Part shown: one piece after another, positions 37,707 to 48,064 of the stretch
Layout of the letters: each line of letters opens with the position of its first letter
How positions within the stretch are numbered: the stretch's first letter is position 1
Source: Thermoplasmata archaeon
GTDB taxonomy: Archaea; Thermoplasmatota; Thermoplasmata; Lutacidiplasmatales; UBA184
Assembly: GCA_028864975.1 (NCBI GenBank)
Contig: JAGWLG010000004.1
Span: forward strand, 1-64,000
Length of the DNA stretch: 64,000 nucleotides
Direction of reading: 5' to 3'
The notes under the pieces: model-generated
Told to the model about the DNA's origin: nothing
Seen by the model: the letters and a program-made list of their open reading frames with translations, nothing else
The model's database searches: none
Program-made: the position numbers and the translations under genes

Positions 37707-37716
37707 TTTTATAGGG
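37707..37716 (+). promoter_or_regulatory. TATA box of the rps12-rps7-EF2 operon
   Basis: TTTTATAGGG about 40 nt before the ATG. Confidence 0.6.
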
Positions 37717-37752
37717 AACCTATGTGGCCCGACCCCCCCAAAGGACCCCTCG

Positions 37753-38193
37753 ATGTCACCCCCGCCACCCTCCGGCACCTTCACGGCCGGCAAGCTCCGG
37801 CACCTTCGGCAGCGACGGCGCTGGTCCGACCGGTACTACAAGCGTCGGGAGCTCCATCTCAAGGAGCGGTCGGACCCTCTGGAGGGCGCTCCCCAGGGCC
37901 GAGGGATCGTGATCGAGAAGGTCGGGGTCGAGGCGAAGCAGCCCAACTCGGCCATCCGCAAGTGCGTCAAGGTCCAGCTCATCAAGAACGGCCGTCAGGT
38001 GACAGCCTTCGCGGTGGGGGACGGCGCGATCAACTTCATCGACGAACACGACGAGGTCCTCGTCGAGGGCATCGGAGGGCGCATGGGAAGGTCCTACGGC
38101 GATATCCCCGGGGTCCGCTACAAGGTCATCAAGGTCAACAACGTCTCGTTGGACGAGCTCGTTCGGGGCCGTAAGGAGAAGCCGCAGCGATGA
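37753..38193 (+). CDS. rps12: 30S ribosomal protein S12
   Basis: [21 protein letters not shown]-like [25 protein letters not shown]. Confidence 0.97.
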   Translation: MSPPPPSGTFTAGKLRHLRQRRRWSDRYYKRRELHLKERSDPLEGAPQGRGIVIEKVGVEAKQPNSAIRKCVKVQLIKNGRQVTAFAVGDGAINFIDEHDEVLVEGIGGRMGRSYGDIPGVRYKVIKVNNVSLDELVRGRKEKPQR

Positions 38194-38933
38194 GCCCGAA
38201 AGAGGAGAAGACCGTGGCCGCCGCCCCCGCCGCGGCGGTGGCCGCCGTCCTGCCCCCTGCCGCGCCCTCCACCTCCGCGGGGGCCCCGGCCGCTTCGGTC
38301 TCGGTGGTCGGCGACGAGGAGGGTACCCTCCCCACGAGCGCGCCGGCCCCTCCGCCCCGACCCCGGCTCCCGTTCCCGCCGCTCTTCGGACGGTTCAGCT
38401 TCGAGGGCGTCGAGGTGCACGACCCCGGGCTCAAGAACTACCTCTTCCTGGACCCGGTCTACCTCCCGCACTCAGAAGGTCGGCTCGCCAACCACCCCTT
38501 CTCGAAGACCCGGATGCATGTGGTCGAGCGCCTGGCGAACGACCTGATGAAGACCGGGAAGTTCACGGGGAAGAAGGCGAAGGCCCTGAAGACCGTACGG
38601 GACGCCCTGACGGTCCTGGCGAAGCAGCCCGGGGCGAACCCGCTCCAGCTCCTGGTCGATGCGATCGAGAACTCGGCCCCACGGGAGGAGGTCACCCGTC
38701 TCCAGTTCGGAGGCATCTCCGTGCCGCGGGCCGTCGATTCTGCTCCTGCCCGCCGCTTGAACGTCGCGCTGCGCAACCTCGCCCAAGGGGCGATCCAGGC
38801 CACCAAGGGCCCCGGGGTCGCGATCTCGGACGCCCTCGCGAAGGAGATCCTCCTCGCCTCCAAGGGGGACGCGGGGTCCTTCGCCGTGGCGCGCAAGGAA
38901 GAGGTCGAGCGCGTCGCGCAGTCGGCCCGCTGA
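38190..38933 (+). CDS. rps7: 30S ribosomal protein S7 with Ala/Pro-rich N-terminal extension
   Basis: [43 protein letters not shown]. Confidence 0.97.
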   Translation: MSPKEEKTVAAAPAAAVAAVLPPAAPSTSAGAPAASVSVVGDEEGTLPTSAPAPPPRPRLPFPPLFGRFSFEGVEVHDPGLKNYLFLDPVYLPHSEGRLANHPFSKTRMHVVERLANDLMKTGKFTGKKAKALKTVRDALTVLAKQPGANPLQLLVDAIENSAPREEVTRLQFGGISVPRAVDSAPARRLNVALRNLAQGAIQATKGPGVAISDALAKEILLASKGDAGSFAVARKEEVERVAQSAR

Positions 38934-38982
38934 GCACACCTCGGGCGCCCGGTCGGACAGAGAGAGCAGGTAGGAAGGCACC

Positions 38983-41187
38983 ATGGGACACATCCGCGCG
39001 GAGCTTGCGAAGGCCATTCCCGAGATGATGCACGTCCGGGAGAACATCCGGAACATCGGGATCGTGGCGCACATCCACCACGGGAAGACCACCCTCTCGG
39101 ACAACCTGCTCGCCGCGGCGGGAATGATCAGCGAGGAGCTCGCGGGGAAGCAGCTCTACCTCAACTTCGACGAGCAGGAACAGGCGAGATTGCTCACCAT
39201 CAACAACGCGGACGTGACCATCGTCCACGCCTACGAGGGGAAGAGCTACCTCATCAACCTCATCGACACGCCCGGGCACGTCGACTTCGGCGGGGACGTG
39301 ACGCGCGCCATGAGGGCGGTGGACGGCGCCGTGGTGCTGGTCTGCGCCGTCGAGGGCGTCATGGCCCAGACCGAGACCGTGCTGCGGCAGGCGCTGCGCG
39401 AGAAGGTGAAGCCCGTCCTCTTCATCAACAAGGTCGACCGAGCGATCCGGGAGCTCAAGCTGACCCCGGAGGCGATGCAGAAGCGCTTCGTCAACATCAT
39501 CACGGAGGTCAACGAGCTCATCCGAAAGATGGCCCCCGAGGAGTTCATCGAGAAGTGGAGCGTCAAGGTCGAGAACGGCACCGTCGCCTTCGGTAGCGGG
39601 CACGACAACTGGGCGATCAGCTTCCCCTACATGCGGCGCACAGGGATCAAGTTCGCCGATATCGTGCGGCTGGTCAACGAGGGGAAGGGCAAGGAGCTCG
39701 CCCAGAAGGCCCTCATCAACGACGTCGTCTTCGACATGGTGGTCAAGCACCTCCCGAGCCCGCTGGAGGCGCAGCGTTACCGCATCCCCCACATCTGGAA
39801 GGGACCGCTCGACAGCCGTGTCGGGAAGGCCGAGGTCACCTGCGACCCGGACGGCCCGCTCGCCTTCATGATCACCGACATCACCATGGACCCGAACGCG
39901 GGGGAGATCGCGACCGGGCGGGTCTTCTCCGGCCGCGTCGCCAAGGGGACCGAGGTCTCCATCGTCGGGACCAAGTCCAAGAACCGCATCCAGCACGTCT
40001 CCCTGTTCATGGGCCCCGAGCGGCTCATGGTCGAGGAAGTGACGGCGGGGAACATCGCGGCCGTCATCGGGCTCACCGACGCGTTCGTCGGCTCGACGAT
40101 CTCGACCGACCCCGAGATGGTGGAGTTCGAGGAGATCCGCCACGTGAGCGAGCCGGTGGTCACGGTGGCCATCGAGCCCAAGCACATGGGCGACCTTCCG
40201 AAGCTGATCGAGGTCATGCGCAAGGTGGCGAAGGAGGACGCTTCGCTGAGGGTCGAGATCAACAACGAGACCGGCGAGCACCTGCTCTCGGGGATGGGCG
40301 AGCTCCACCTCGAGATCACGCAGTACCGGATTGTCAACGACTACCACGTCGAGATCACGGCCTCGCCTCCGATCGTCGTCTACCGCGAGACCGTGGGCGG
40401 CAAGAGCCCCCAGGCCTTCGAGGGGAAGTCTCCGAACAAGCACAACCGGTTCTACATCGAGACCGAGCCGCTCCCCGCGGCCGTGGTCAAGGCCATCCAG
40501 GAGGGCGAGATCCACCAGGGGAAGTCCTTCAAGGACATCAAGACGGTCGTCCAGAAGCTGGTCGACCTCGGCATCGACCGCGACGAGGCGAAGGGGATCA
40601 CCGCCGTGGAGGACACCAACATCCTCTTCGACGCGACCAAGGGGATCCAGTACCTCCACGAGACCATGGACCTGGTCATCGACGCCTTCAAGGAGGCGAT
40701 GGGACGGGGACCGCTCGCGGCCGAGAAGTCCCGGGGCCTCCTGGTCCGCTTGGTGGATGCAAAGCTCCACGAGGACTCGATCCACCGGGGTCCGGGCCAG
40801 ACCATCCCTGCCGTCCGCTCCTCGATCTACGGGTCGATGTGCACGGCCGGACGCGTGCTCATGGAGCCGCTCTCGAAGGTCACCGTGAACGTGCCCCAGG
40901 AGGTGCTCGCCGGCGCCACGCGCGAGATGCAGCGCCGACGGGGAGAGATCCTGGACATGACCCAGGTGGGGGACCTGAACACGATCGTCGCCAAGGTCCC
41001 CGTCGCAGAGCTCTTCGGGTTCGCGAGCGACCTGCGCAGCGCGACCGCGGGCAAGGTCCTCTGGAGCACGGAGACCATGGGGTACGACCGGCTCCCCCGC
41101 GAGCTTCAGGACAAGATCGTCGGTGAGGTCCGCACGCGACGCGGGCTCAAGCCCGAGCCGTACGACGCCTCGTACTACGCCGGGTGA
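38983..41187 (+). CDS. fusA: Archaeal elongation factor 2
   Basis: RNIGIVAHIHHGKTT, DTPGHVDF, NKVD, GMGELHLE, SPNKHNR, diphthamide loop IHRGPGQ. Confidence 0.98.
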   Translation: MGHIRAELAKAIPEMMHVRENIRNIGIVAHIHHGKTTLSDNLLAAAGMISEELAGKQLYLNFDEQEQARLLTINNADVTIVHAYEGKSYLINLIDTPGHVDFGGDVTRAMRAVDGAVVLVCAVEGVMAQTETVLRQALREKVKPVLFINKVDRAIRELKLTPEAMQKRFVNIITEVNELIRKMAPEEFIEKWSVKVENGTVAFGSGHDNWAISFPYMRRTGIKFADIVRLVNEGKGKELAQKALINDVVFDMVVKHLPSPLEAQRYRIPHIWKGPLDSRVGKAEVTCDPDGPLAFMITDITMDPNAGEIATGRVFSGRVAKGTEVSIVGTKSKNRIQHVSLFMGPERLMVEEVTAGNIAAVIGLTDAFVGSTISTDPEMVEFEEIRHVSEPVVTVAIEPKHMGDLPKLIEVMRKVAKEDASLRVEINNETGEHLLSGMGELHLEITQYRIVNDYHVEITASPPIVVYRETVGGKSPQAFEGKSPNKHNRFYIETEPLPAAVVKAIQEGEIHQGKSFKDIKTVVQKLVDLGIDRDEAKGITAVEDTNILFDATKGIQYLHETMDLVIDAFKEAMGRGPLAAEKSRGLLVRLVDAKLHEDSIHRGPGQTIPAVRSSIYGSMCTAGRVLMEPLSKVTVNVPQEVLAGATREMQRRRGEILDMTQVGDLNTIVAKVPVAELFGFASDLRSATAGKVLWSTETMGYDRLPRELQDKIVGEVRTRRGLKPEPYDASYYAG

Positions 41188-41376
41188 GGTCCTCCCCGCG
41201 CTTGAATCGGGGGCTTCCTCCGGCCGTAGGGTTCTCGCCCCCACGGCCGGGGGCGGCTCGTGCTCCCTCGGACCGGCTGGTCGCTCCAAGGCGGTCGCGC
41301 GACTCTGGCGAGAAGAGGCGGGGGTCGGCCGTAGGACGCTGGGCTGTCTCCTTGGAGGCTCCGCCGAACGGCATGC

Positions 41377-41799
41377 TCAGGCGGCGCCGGAACTCGGGGG
41401 CATGTGCGTCCGCTCGGTGACCCAGTCGAACACCCTTTCCGCCCGGAGCACCATCTCTCTTGCGGTCCTCTCCTCCACCAAGGCGGGCCCGTACTGCACG
41501 GCGGTCTTCCGTTCCAAGACGTACTCGGCCTGTCTCCGAATGGCATCCAGCCCTGGTTCCGCCAGCCCTCGAAGGAGACGCAGCACGTCCAGGTGGTTCT
41601 GGCTGGTCGACTTCACCCCCAGCGACCAGCAGGTGAAGGCGTCCAGGGCGGAGATGACCGTTTGCACCGCCTCGATCGCCGCGCTGTTGAACATCCGGGC
41701 TTCGACGCAGGACTTCATGGTCCTCGAGGCCTCCTCCGCCCGCCGGAAGAAGACCACGAACTTCTCCCGAGGCAGGGGAGCGACCGAGGTCTCTTTCAC
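41377..41799 (-). CDS. HEPN-domain protein (pair 1)
   Basis: AAIEAVQTVISALDA, NHLDV, KTAVQY; 4-bp overlap with the upstream MNT gene. Confidence 0.75.
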   Translation of the reverse strand: MKETSVAPLPREKFVVFFRRAEEASRTMKSCVEARMFNSAAIEAVQTVISALDAFTCWSLGVKSTSQNHLDVLRLLRGLAEPGLDAIRRQAEYVLERKTAVQYGPALVEERTAREMVLRAERVFDWVTERTHMPPSSGAA

Positions 41800-42395
41800 C
41801 GTTCCCTCGCTTCGAGCGCCACGATGCCCTCGCTCCGGACCCGGTCTAGGAAGGAAGGGCTCTTGGTGGACCGAACCTCCTCGGCGCTGTAGACCAGGGG
41901 AGAGAGGGTCGTGCCGTACCGGACCGCGACCCTGTCGAACAGGACATGAAGGGCCTCGCGCACCGCTCCCTTGTCCCACTCGGTGGGAACCTCGACGAAC
42001 AGGTCCAGGTCGCTGTTGGACCGTTCCTTTCCCCTGGCGACGGAGCCGAAGATCGTGGCCCGCCGCGCCGGCGTTCCTTCGAGGGCTTTGGCGATATCGG
42101 ACCGGATGGCGTCCATCAGCCCTCGCTCCACGCCCAACATCTCCTTCAACGCACGGTACAGGACATGCTGCCGCTCGACCCTCCAAAGATGCACGGGGCC
42201 CACGACCCTTCTGCGGGCCATCCCCTGCCGCTCTAGCTCCAAGAGGACCGCTCGGGCCTGGGAGGGCGAGAGCCTCGCAACACGCGCCGCCTCTCGCCCC
42301 GTGAATTCGCGGTCCTCGAGAAGGACCAAGGCCCGGAAGGTACGGAGCGTAGCCACGCCGTTCAGGATGTCGTCGAGCGGGGTGTGCAAGTTCAT
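41796..42395 (-). CDS. HTH plus minimal nucleotidyltransferase (pair 1)
   Basis: N-terminal wHTH (GREAARVARLSPSQA), then IFGSVARG...SDLDLFV. Confidence 0.88.
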   Translation of the reverse strand: MNLHTPLDDILNGVATLRTFRALVLLEDREFTGREAARVARLSPSQARAVLLELERQGMARRRVVGPVHLWRVERQHVLYRALKEMLGVERGLMDAIRSDIAKALEGTPARRATIFGSVARGKERSNSDLDLFVEVPTEWDKGAVREALHVLFDRVAVRYGTTLSPLVYSAEEVRSTKSPSFLDRVRSEGIVALEARER

Positions 42396-42428
42396 CGTAC
42401 TAGAACTAGTACGCTCGTTCTTATTAAA
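42396..42428 (-). promoter_or_regulatory. Leaderless-type promoter (TTTAATAA) with a perfect operator-like palindrome
   Basis: CGTACTAG-AA-CTAGTACG at 42396-42413 touching the ATG; TATA at 42421-42428 about 26 nt upstream. Confidence 0.7.
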
Positions 42429-42623
42429 GTCCTCTTTGCGGGGTCGGCGGCTTGGTCGGGGGAACCTCCGTGGCCGGGGGATCCTCGGAGAGGTAGGGCT
42501 CCCCCGGGATAGAGGGAAGGGGGACCCAGGAGCTTCCTTGAGGAACGTGAGCTGGGGCCCCGACACCCTGAGCCGCCTCCCCGGGAGCGGTCCCCCCTCC
42601 GTCCCGGCGCCGCGTCGAGGAGG

Positions 42624-43628
42624 TCAGCTCGCCTCTTGCACGCGGTGCAGGACGCGAAGGGCGGTGAGCGTGGTCCACAGGCTCCTCTCGCCCGGCTTCT
42701 CCAGCGCGAGGGGCCTCACCCTTCTCGGTCCGCGGCCAGCCGGGTGCGATGGCTCCTCGTCAGGATGCACCCGGTCAAGGTTCCACCACCCATCGCTCCG
42801 TTGCTTCTCGCGCAAGAGACGAAGCGCGGGACCGAGACGGCGGTCGCCTCCCGCGCCCAGGCTGGTGAGCACCTCGAGCCCGACCAGCACGTCGTAGTAG
42901 TAGTGCGTGGGATAGTGGAAGCGGAACCAGGGCAGATATCGCCTTCCCTCCTGGAAGAGCTTCCGCTCGAGGTAGAACTCCAACCCGCGATCGATGGCCC
43001 GCTCCATGGCGGCGCTCCGCTTGGGCTTCGGGACAGCGGCGAGGGCGGATAGGGGCTCCCAAGCGTCGAGCGTCCCCGGCTTTCCCGGGGCGCAGTTCCA
43101 ACCCCCGTCAGCTCTCTGGTCCTCGAGCATCCAATCGAAGAGCTTGCGCACCCTGCGGTCGTCGCCGTAGCCGAGGCGCGTCAACATGCGAGCGACGTTC
43201 CCGACGATGCAGGCCTCCTCCGTGAAGATGTTCAAGGGAGAGCTCAGCGGGAGCAGGTACTGGAAGATGCGATCGGCGAACTTTCGGATGCGCGGGTCCT
43301 CCGAGGTCAGCCCGAGGTCGGAAAGGACCATCCCCTTCCAGACGGACGACTGGAACACCGGGAAGCGAAGGAAGCTCACCCACTCCCGGAGCGTCTTCGG
43401 CTCATGCGCCTCCCAGAAGCCTTCCGGCCCCTGGGTCGCGAGGAGGTCGCGCGCCCACCCTTCGCGGGAGAGACTTGAGCGGGCTCGTCGGACCTCTGGG
43501 TCGTCCTGGGGTCGACCCAGCAGCTCGGTGAGGGCGTAGTACCTGACCGAAGGTTGGCGGCTCGCGAGGAGCCCGTTGAGCGTCGCGCGGTCCAGGCCGT
43601 CGCTCGTTGTCGCTTCTCGACGTCCCAT
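42624..43628 (-). CDS. Prenyltransferase/squalene-cyclase-like repeat protein of unknown function
   Basis: Q..EGFW, QRADGGWNC, QRSDGWW repeats; FHYPTHYYYDVL. Confidence 0.75.
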   Translation of the reverse strand: MGRREATTSDGLDRATLNGLLASRQPSVRYYALTELLGRPQDDPEVRRARSSLSREGWARDLLATQGPEGFWEAHEPKTLREWVSFLRFPVFQSSVWKGMVLSDLGLTSEDPRIRKFADRIFQYLLPLSSPLNIFTEEACIVGNVARMLTRLGYGDDRRVRKLFDWMLEDQRADGGWNCAPGKPGTLDAWEPLSALAAVPKPKRSAAMERAIDRGLEFYLERKLFQEGRRYLPWFRFHYPTHYYYDVLVGLEVLTSLGAGGDRRLGPALRLLREKQRSDGWWNLDRVHPDEEPSHPAGRGPRRVRPLALEKPGERSLWTTLTALRVLHRVQEAS

Positions 43629-43662
43629 CTCGTACTCCTCTCCGTGCCGCCTTTCCTTGGTC

Positions 43663-44277
43663 CTATCCCCGCGCCTTCGGCTGCCGCAGGCTTTCCTCGA
43701 GCGTCGCTTGCCGCCCTCGGTCCGAGTCCGAGGAGCGCGCGGGAGGCGGGAGCGGATAGATCCCCTCGTGCTTGAGCAACCAACGCTTTCGCCATAGCCC
43801 AAGACCGAACCCGGTGAGCGAACGGTCCTGTCCGACGAGCCGGTGGCACGGAACGATGATCGGGATGGGGTTGCGGTGGGCCGCGCCGCCCACCGCCCGC
43901 GCCGCCCTCGGCTGCCCTATCCGACGGGCCACCTCGCCGTAGGTCCGGAAGTTGCCGAAGGGAATCTGATGGAGCCCGTACCACACCTTACGGTCGAACC
44001 CGCTACCCCCTAGGAAGGCGAGCTCGACCGCGAACTCGTGTCGCTTGCCCTGGAAGTACTCCTGGAGCTGTTCGGGAGGGGACCCGTGCGGGAAACGGCT
44101 GCGCTGGACCTCGTCGACCTCTGAGGGCCCGCTGCGCTCGATCCCGTGCTCCATCAGATCGACGTAGGCGACCCGCTTCCCGTCGTACCCCACCCGGAAG
44201 GTGCCGATGGGAGAGCGGACGTCGGCCGTGCTGAGCGTGTCGACGCCCTCGGGTACAGGGAGCTTCTTCCTCGGCAT
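43663..44277 (-). CDS. ogt: Methylated-DNA-protein-cysteine methyltransferase
   Basis: IPFG..RTYGEVA, ARAVGGA..RNP.PIIVPCHRLV, KRWLL.HEG. Confidence 0.95.
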   Translation of the reverse strand: MPRKKLPVPEGVDTLSTADVRSPIGTFRVGYDGKRVAYVDLMEHGIERSGPSEVDEVQRSRFPHGSPPEQLQEYFQGKRHEFAVELAFLGGSGFDRKVWYGLHQIPFGNFRTYGEVARRIGQPRAARAVGGAAHRNPIPIIVPCHRLVGQDRSLTGFGLGLWRKRWLLKHEGIYPLPPPARSSDSDRGRQATLEESLRQPKARG

Positions 44278-44342
44278 GGGAGAAACCGTTTGGTGAGACA
44301 CTTATTAGTCAACCCGACTAAAGCTTCTGGGTAGGGGGAGCA

Positions 44343-45092
44343 TTGCCCAGGTCCATCACGTACAGTGTCGTGGACTCGACCCAGGAGGTCGCCCTCCGTC
44401 TGGCCCGGGAAGGGGCCCCGCACGGGACCTCGGTCTCGGCGGAGACGCAGCTCCTGGGGCGCGGGCGCGAGGGGCGTGCCTGGGCCTCGCCCAAGGGAGG
44501 GCTCTACGCCTCCGTCGTGCTCCGCCCGGAGGCCTCCGCCTTCCCCTTGCTCTCGCTCTCCGCAGGGCTCGAGCTGCGGGAGCTCCTCGCCGAGCGTGCG
44601 CCCAAGGCCAAGGTCATGATCAAGTGGCCGAACGATCTGCTGCTCGTTCCCCGGGACGCTCCGGGGTCGGCCCGCAAGGTCGGTGGGGTGCTGACGGACA
44701 TCATCACCCGTCCCGGGATCACCACCGTCGCGGTCGTCGGGGTGGGGCTGAACGTGGACGTCGCCGTGTCCGACCTCCCCCCCGATCTCCAAGGACAGGT
44801 GGCGTCGCTGCGGGAGTTCACTCCCGGGCCCGTCTCGGTCCGAGACCTGCAGGAGCCCGTGCTCCATGCGGTGGTCCGAGCGTGCCAACGCGTCTCGACC
44901 TCGGAGGGTCGTGCGAGCCTGCCTCAGGCCGTTGCGAAGCACCTCTTCGGGGTGGGGAGCCCGGTCGCGCTCGAAGGGGCCCGAGGGACCTTCCGGGGCG
45001 TGGGCCCCGGTGGCGAGGCGCTCGTCGAGCCCGAGGGCGGGGGCCCGCCGCGCGCGCTGCATGCCGGCGAGCTCAAGATCGAGGTGCCATGA
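44343..45092 (+). CDS. birA: Biotin-protein ligase
   Basis: DSTQ, AETQ..GRGREGRAW.SP.GG, KWPND, KVGG, GVGLN. Confidence 0.93.
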   Translation: MPRSITYSVVDSTQEVALRLAREGAPHGTSVSAETQLLGRGREGRAWASPKGGLYASVVLRPEASAFPLLSLSAGLELRELLAERAPKAKVMIKWPNDLLLVPRDAPGSARKVGGVLTDIITRPGITTVAVVGVGLNVDVAVSDLPPDLQGQVASLREFTPGPVSVRDLQEPVLHAVVRACQRVSTSEGRASLPQAVAKHLFGVGSPVALEGARGTFRGVGPGGEALVEPEGGGPPRALHAGELKIEVP

Positions 45093-46726
45093 CGACCACG
45101 AGCCGTCCGCCCACGGGCTCCGACGGGGTCGGGAAGGGGGGCGCAGCGGCCCCGCCTGGTCCCTCTCGTTCCCACCGCCCCTCCCCGCGCGAAAGGTTCG
45201 CCCGAGAGAAGGCCCGTGTCCGAGAAGGGGCGGGGAAGGACCGACAGGAGAAGCTCCGCGCCCAGGGGAGGCTGGCAGCGCGCGAGCGGTTGGAGACCCT
45301 GTTCGACCCCGGGACCTTCGTCGAGATCGACCCGTTCGTCTCCCACCGCATCACTTCCTTCGGGCTCTCTGAGCGACGGATCCCGGGCGACGGGGTCGTC
45401 ACAGGATGGGGCAAGATCGAGGGGCGGGTCGTGGCGGCCTTCGCGCAGGACCCGACGGTCTTCGGCGGGGCGCTGGGGGAAGCGCACGCCAGCAAGATCG
45501 TGAAGATCATGGAGTTCGCGGCGAAGGTCGGAGCCCCGGTCGTAGGCCTGAACGACTCCGGGGGCGCGAGGATCCAGGAGGGGGTCGTCTCCCTCGGGGG
45601 CTACGGGGAGGTCTTCCACCGCAACGTGCTCTATTCCGGGGTCGTCCCCCAGGTCTCGGTCATCCTCGGAGCCTGCGCGGGGGGAGCGGTCTACTCCCCG
45701 GCCATGACGGACTTCATCATCATGGCCGAAGGGGCGAGCCACATGTTCATCACCGGACCGGACGTGATCCGCACGGTCACGGGCGAGGAGGTCACCCACG
45801 AACAACTGGGGGGAGCCCATACGCACGCGTCGAAGAGCGGCGTGGCCCACCTGGTCGCTCCGGGGGAGAAGGAGGCGCTCGCCCTCACTCGACGGCTCCT
45901 CTCGTACCTTCCGTCGAACAACCTCGAGGACCCGCCCTCGTCCCCGCCTCGCTCGCCTCCGCCCTCCGCTGCGGGAGAGCTCGACGCCCTCGTTCCCGCC
46001 GAGGCCGACCGGCCCTACGATATGCACGAGGTCATCGGGCGGGTCGTCGACCCCGAGAGCACGCTCGAGATCTTCCCGTCCTGGGCCCCGAACATGATCA
46101 CCGAGCTCGCCCGGCTCGACGGTCACCCGGTCGGGGTCGTCGCGAACCAGCCCCAGGTCCTCGCCGGTTGTCTCGACATCGAGGCCTCCGAGAAAGGTGC
46201 ACGCTTCGTTCGCACCTGCGACGCCTTCAACTTGCCGCTCTTGACCTTCGTGGACGTTCCGGGGTTCCTCCCCGGCACGCAGCAGGAGTACGGCGGGATC
46301 ATCCGTCACGGCGCGAAGCTCCTCTTCGCGTTCTCCGAGGCGACGGTCCCCAAGCTCACGGTGATCCCCCGCAAGGCCTACGGCGGGGCCTACGATGTCA
46401 TGTGCTCGAAGCACATCGGTGGGGACTACAACGTGGCCTGGCCGCAGGCGGAGATCGCGGTCATGGGCGCGGAGGGCGCGGTGAACATCCTCTTCCGCCG
46501 AGAGCTCGACAAAGCGCCGGAGGGGGAGCGCTCTTCCCTGCGCAAGACGCTCACCGACGAGTACGCGGCCGAGTTCCTCAACCCCTACCTTGCCGCCGAA
46601 CGGGGCTACCTCGACGACGTCATCGACCCGAGCGAGACCCGCAAGAGGCTCCTGGAGGCCTTCGAGGCGCTGCGGGGCAAACGGCAGGACCGTCCCCCGA
46701 AGAAGCACGGGAACATCCCGCTGTGA
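45089..46726 (+). CDS. Acyl-CoA carboxyltransferase subunit (PccB / transcarboxylase 12S-like)
   Basis: GDGVVTG, DSGGARIQEG, AGGAVYSP, MFITGP, VDVPGFLPG, RKAYGGAY, KKHGNIPL. Confidence 0.95.
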   Translation: MTTTSRPPTGSDGVGKGGAAAPPGPSRSHRPSPRERFAREKARVREGAGKDRQEKLRAQGRLAARERLETLFDPGTFVEIDPFVSHRITSFGLSERRIPGDGVVTGWGKIEGRVVAAFAQDPTVFGGALGEAHASKIVKIMEFAAKVGAPVVGLNDSGGARIQEGVVSLGGYGEVFHRNVLYSGVVPQVSVILGACAGGAVYSPAMTDFIIMAEGASHMFITGPDVIRTVTGEEVTHEQLGGAHTHASKSGVAHLVAPGEKEALALTRRLLSYLPSNNLEDPPSSPPRSPPPSAAGELDALVPAEADRPYDMHEVIGRVVDPESTLEIFPSWAPNMITELARLDGHPVGVVANQPQVLAGCLDIEASEKGARFVRTCDAFNLPLLTFVDVPGFLPGTQQEYGGIIRHGAKLLFAFSEATVPKLTVIPRKAYGGAYDVMCSKHIGGDYNVAWPQAEIAVMGAEGAVNILFRRELDKAPEGERSSLRKTLTDEYAAEFLNPYLAAERGYLDDVIDPSETRKRLLEAFEALRGKRQDRPPKKHGNIPL

Positions 46727-46757
46727 TCCCGCCGGGCCTTCGCCACAGAGGAGGAGG

Positions 46758-47195
46758 CTACTCCGAGCGAGCGGAGGTGGACCCCTGGACCAGCTTTCGG
46801 ACCGTGCCCAGGACCACCGTCGCCCGCTGAAGGAACTCCCTGGCGCGACGAGGGTCCCGCACGTCGCGCGTCGGGCCGACCCCCTTCTGGCTGCCATAGA
46901 GGGCCGCTTCGCGGCGGTCTGCCAGAGCATGGGAGAGTTCCGCCATCTCAGGGATCGCCGACCGGAACCAGGCTGGGAACTTGTCGCGGTGGTCCTCGAG
47001 CACGAACCCGACGTCGTGGAACTTCGGGTAGTCGATCCCCGCCGACCGCAGGGCGGACTTCAACGAAAGCTCGACGGCCTCTTGGGAGAACCGAACGACA
47101 TCGGGGGTACGACGGCGGCCGAGGGCCGCGCGCGCCGCACGGACCCGCTCGTCGGCGCGAACCAGGAACTCCTCAGGGCCATCCTCGGGATTCAC
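46758..47195 (-). CDS. HEPN-domain protein (pair 2)
   Basis: SQEAVELSLKSAL, PKFHDVG, RREAALYG. Confidence 0.85.
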   Translation of the reverse strand: MNPEDGPEEFLVRADERVRAARAALGRRRTPDVVRFSQEAVELSLKSALRSAGIDYPKFHDVGFVLEDHRDKFPAWFRSAIPEMAELSHALADRREAALYGSQKGVGPTRDVRDPRRAREFLQRATVVLGTVRKLVQGSTSARSE

Positions 47196-47929
47196 GAGGC
47201 GAGCACCTCCGCGAAGACCGAGCCCCTCGGCACTTCCCAGTAGCGCGCTCCCGTGGCGTCGCGCAACCGCCGGGCATGGAGGTCTCGGAGCCGGTGGCGG
47301 ACCTGCTCGAAGCGGCGAGAGAGCAACCGGTCCCGGTCCAGGATGACGATGGCGTCCTCGGCGAGGTCGAGCCAGAGGTAGCGGGGCGCGTCCACCTCCG
47401 ACGGCGAGAGCAAGATGACGGAGGGTGGATGGCACTCACGTAGGGCGGACCACTGACGAGCGAGCAGGGGCCCGAGATCGGCGTGCAGGGAACGGAGCTC
47501 GTCGGGGCGCTCGGAAGGGGGTCCCTGCAATCCCTCGACGACCCCGAGAAGGTCGACATCGCTCTGGGCGCCCTCCTCGCCCCGCGCGACAGAGCCGAAG
47601 AGGGCCAGCCCACGTAACCGGGCGCCGTACGTGCGCAGGAGCCATCCAACGGCGACTTGGAGAGGAGGGAGGGACCGATGTCCGACCAGGCGTTCCCCCC
47701 AGTCGCGCTCCATCCGGGACAGGGCCGCCAGGGGGTCGTGGAGGACGTGGACCCCCCTGCCGAGGGAGAACGCCCAGCCTCGTGCGGCGAGGCGAGAGAG
47801 AAGGAGGTTCGTCCACGTCTCGCTCGAACGGAGAACCTCACGCGCATCGCCGTTCGAGAAGGGTCTCGGGCCGAACGCCCCTTGGAGTTGAGCGTAGGCA
47901 CGAGCTGCCGATGGGGACAACCATCTCAT
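47192..47929 (-). CDS. HTH plus minimal nucleotidyltransferase (pair 2)
   Basis: N-terminal wHTH, LFGSVARGE...SDVDLL, C-terminal GARYW. Confidence 0.88.
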   Translation of the reverse strand: MRWLSPSAARAYAQLQGAFGPRPFSNGDAREVLRSSETWTNLLLSRLAARGWAFSLGRGVHVLHDPLAALSRMERDWGERLVGHRSLPPLQVAVGWLLRTYGARLRGLALFGSVARGEEGAQSDVDLLGVVEGLQGPPSERPDELRSLHADLGPLLARQWSALRECHPPSVILLSPSEVDAPRYLWLDLAEDAIVILDRDRLLSRRFEQVRHRLRDLHARRLRDATGARYWEVPRGSVFAEVLAS

Positions 47930-48064
47930 TTCAGATATTATATCATATTTGGCTATAAACACGTTCGCGAGCCCTGAGCGGGCGGTCACCGTCAGGGCGC
48001 CGCGGCCCGACCCGAATGTTGGGAGGAAAGGAGATAACCTGACGCAGCACGGACATCTCGCGGC

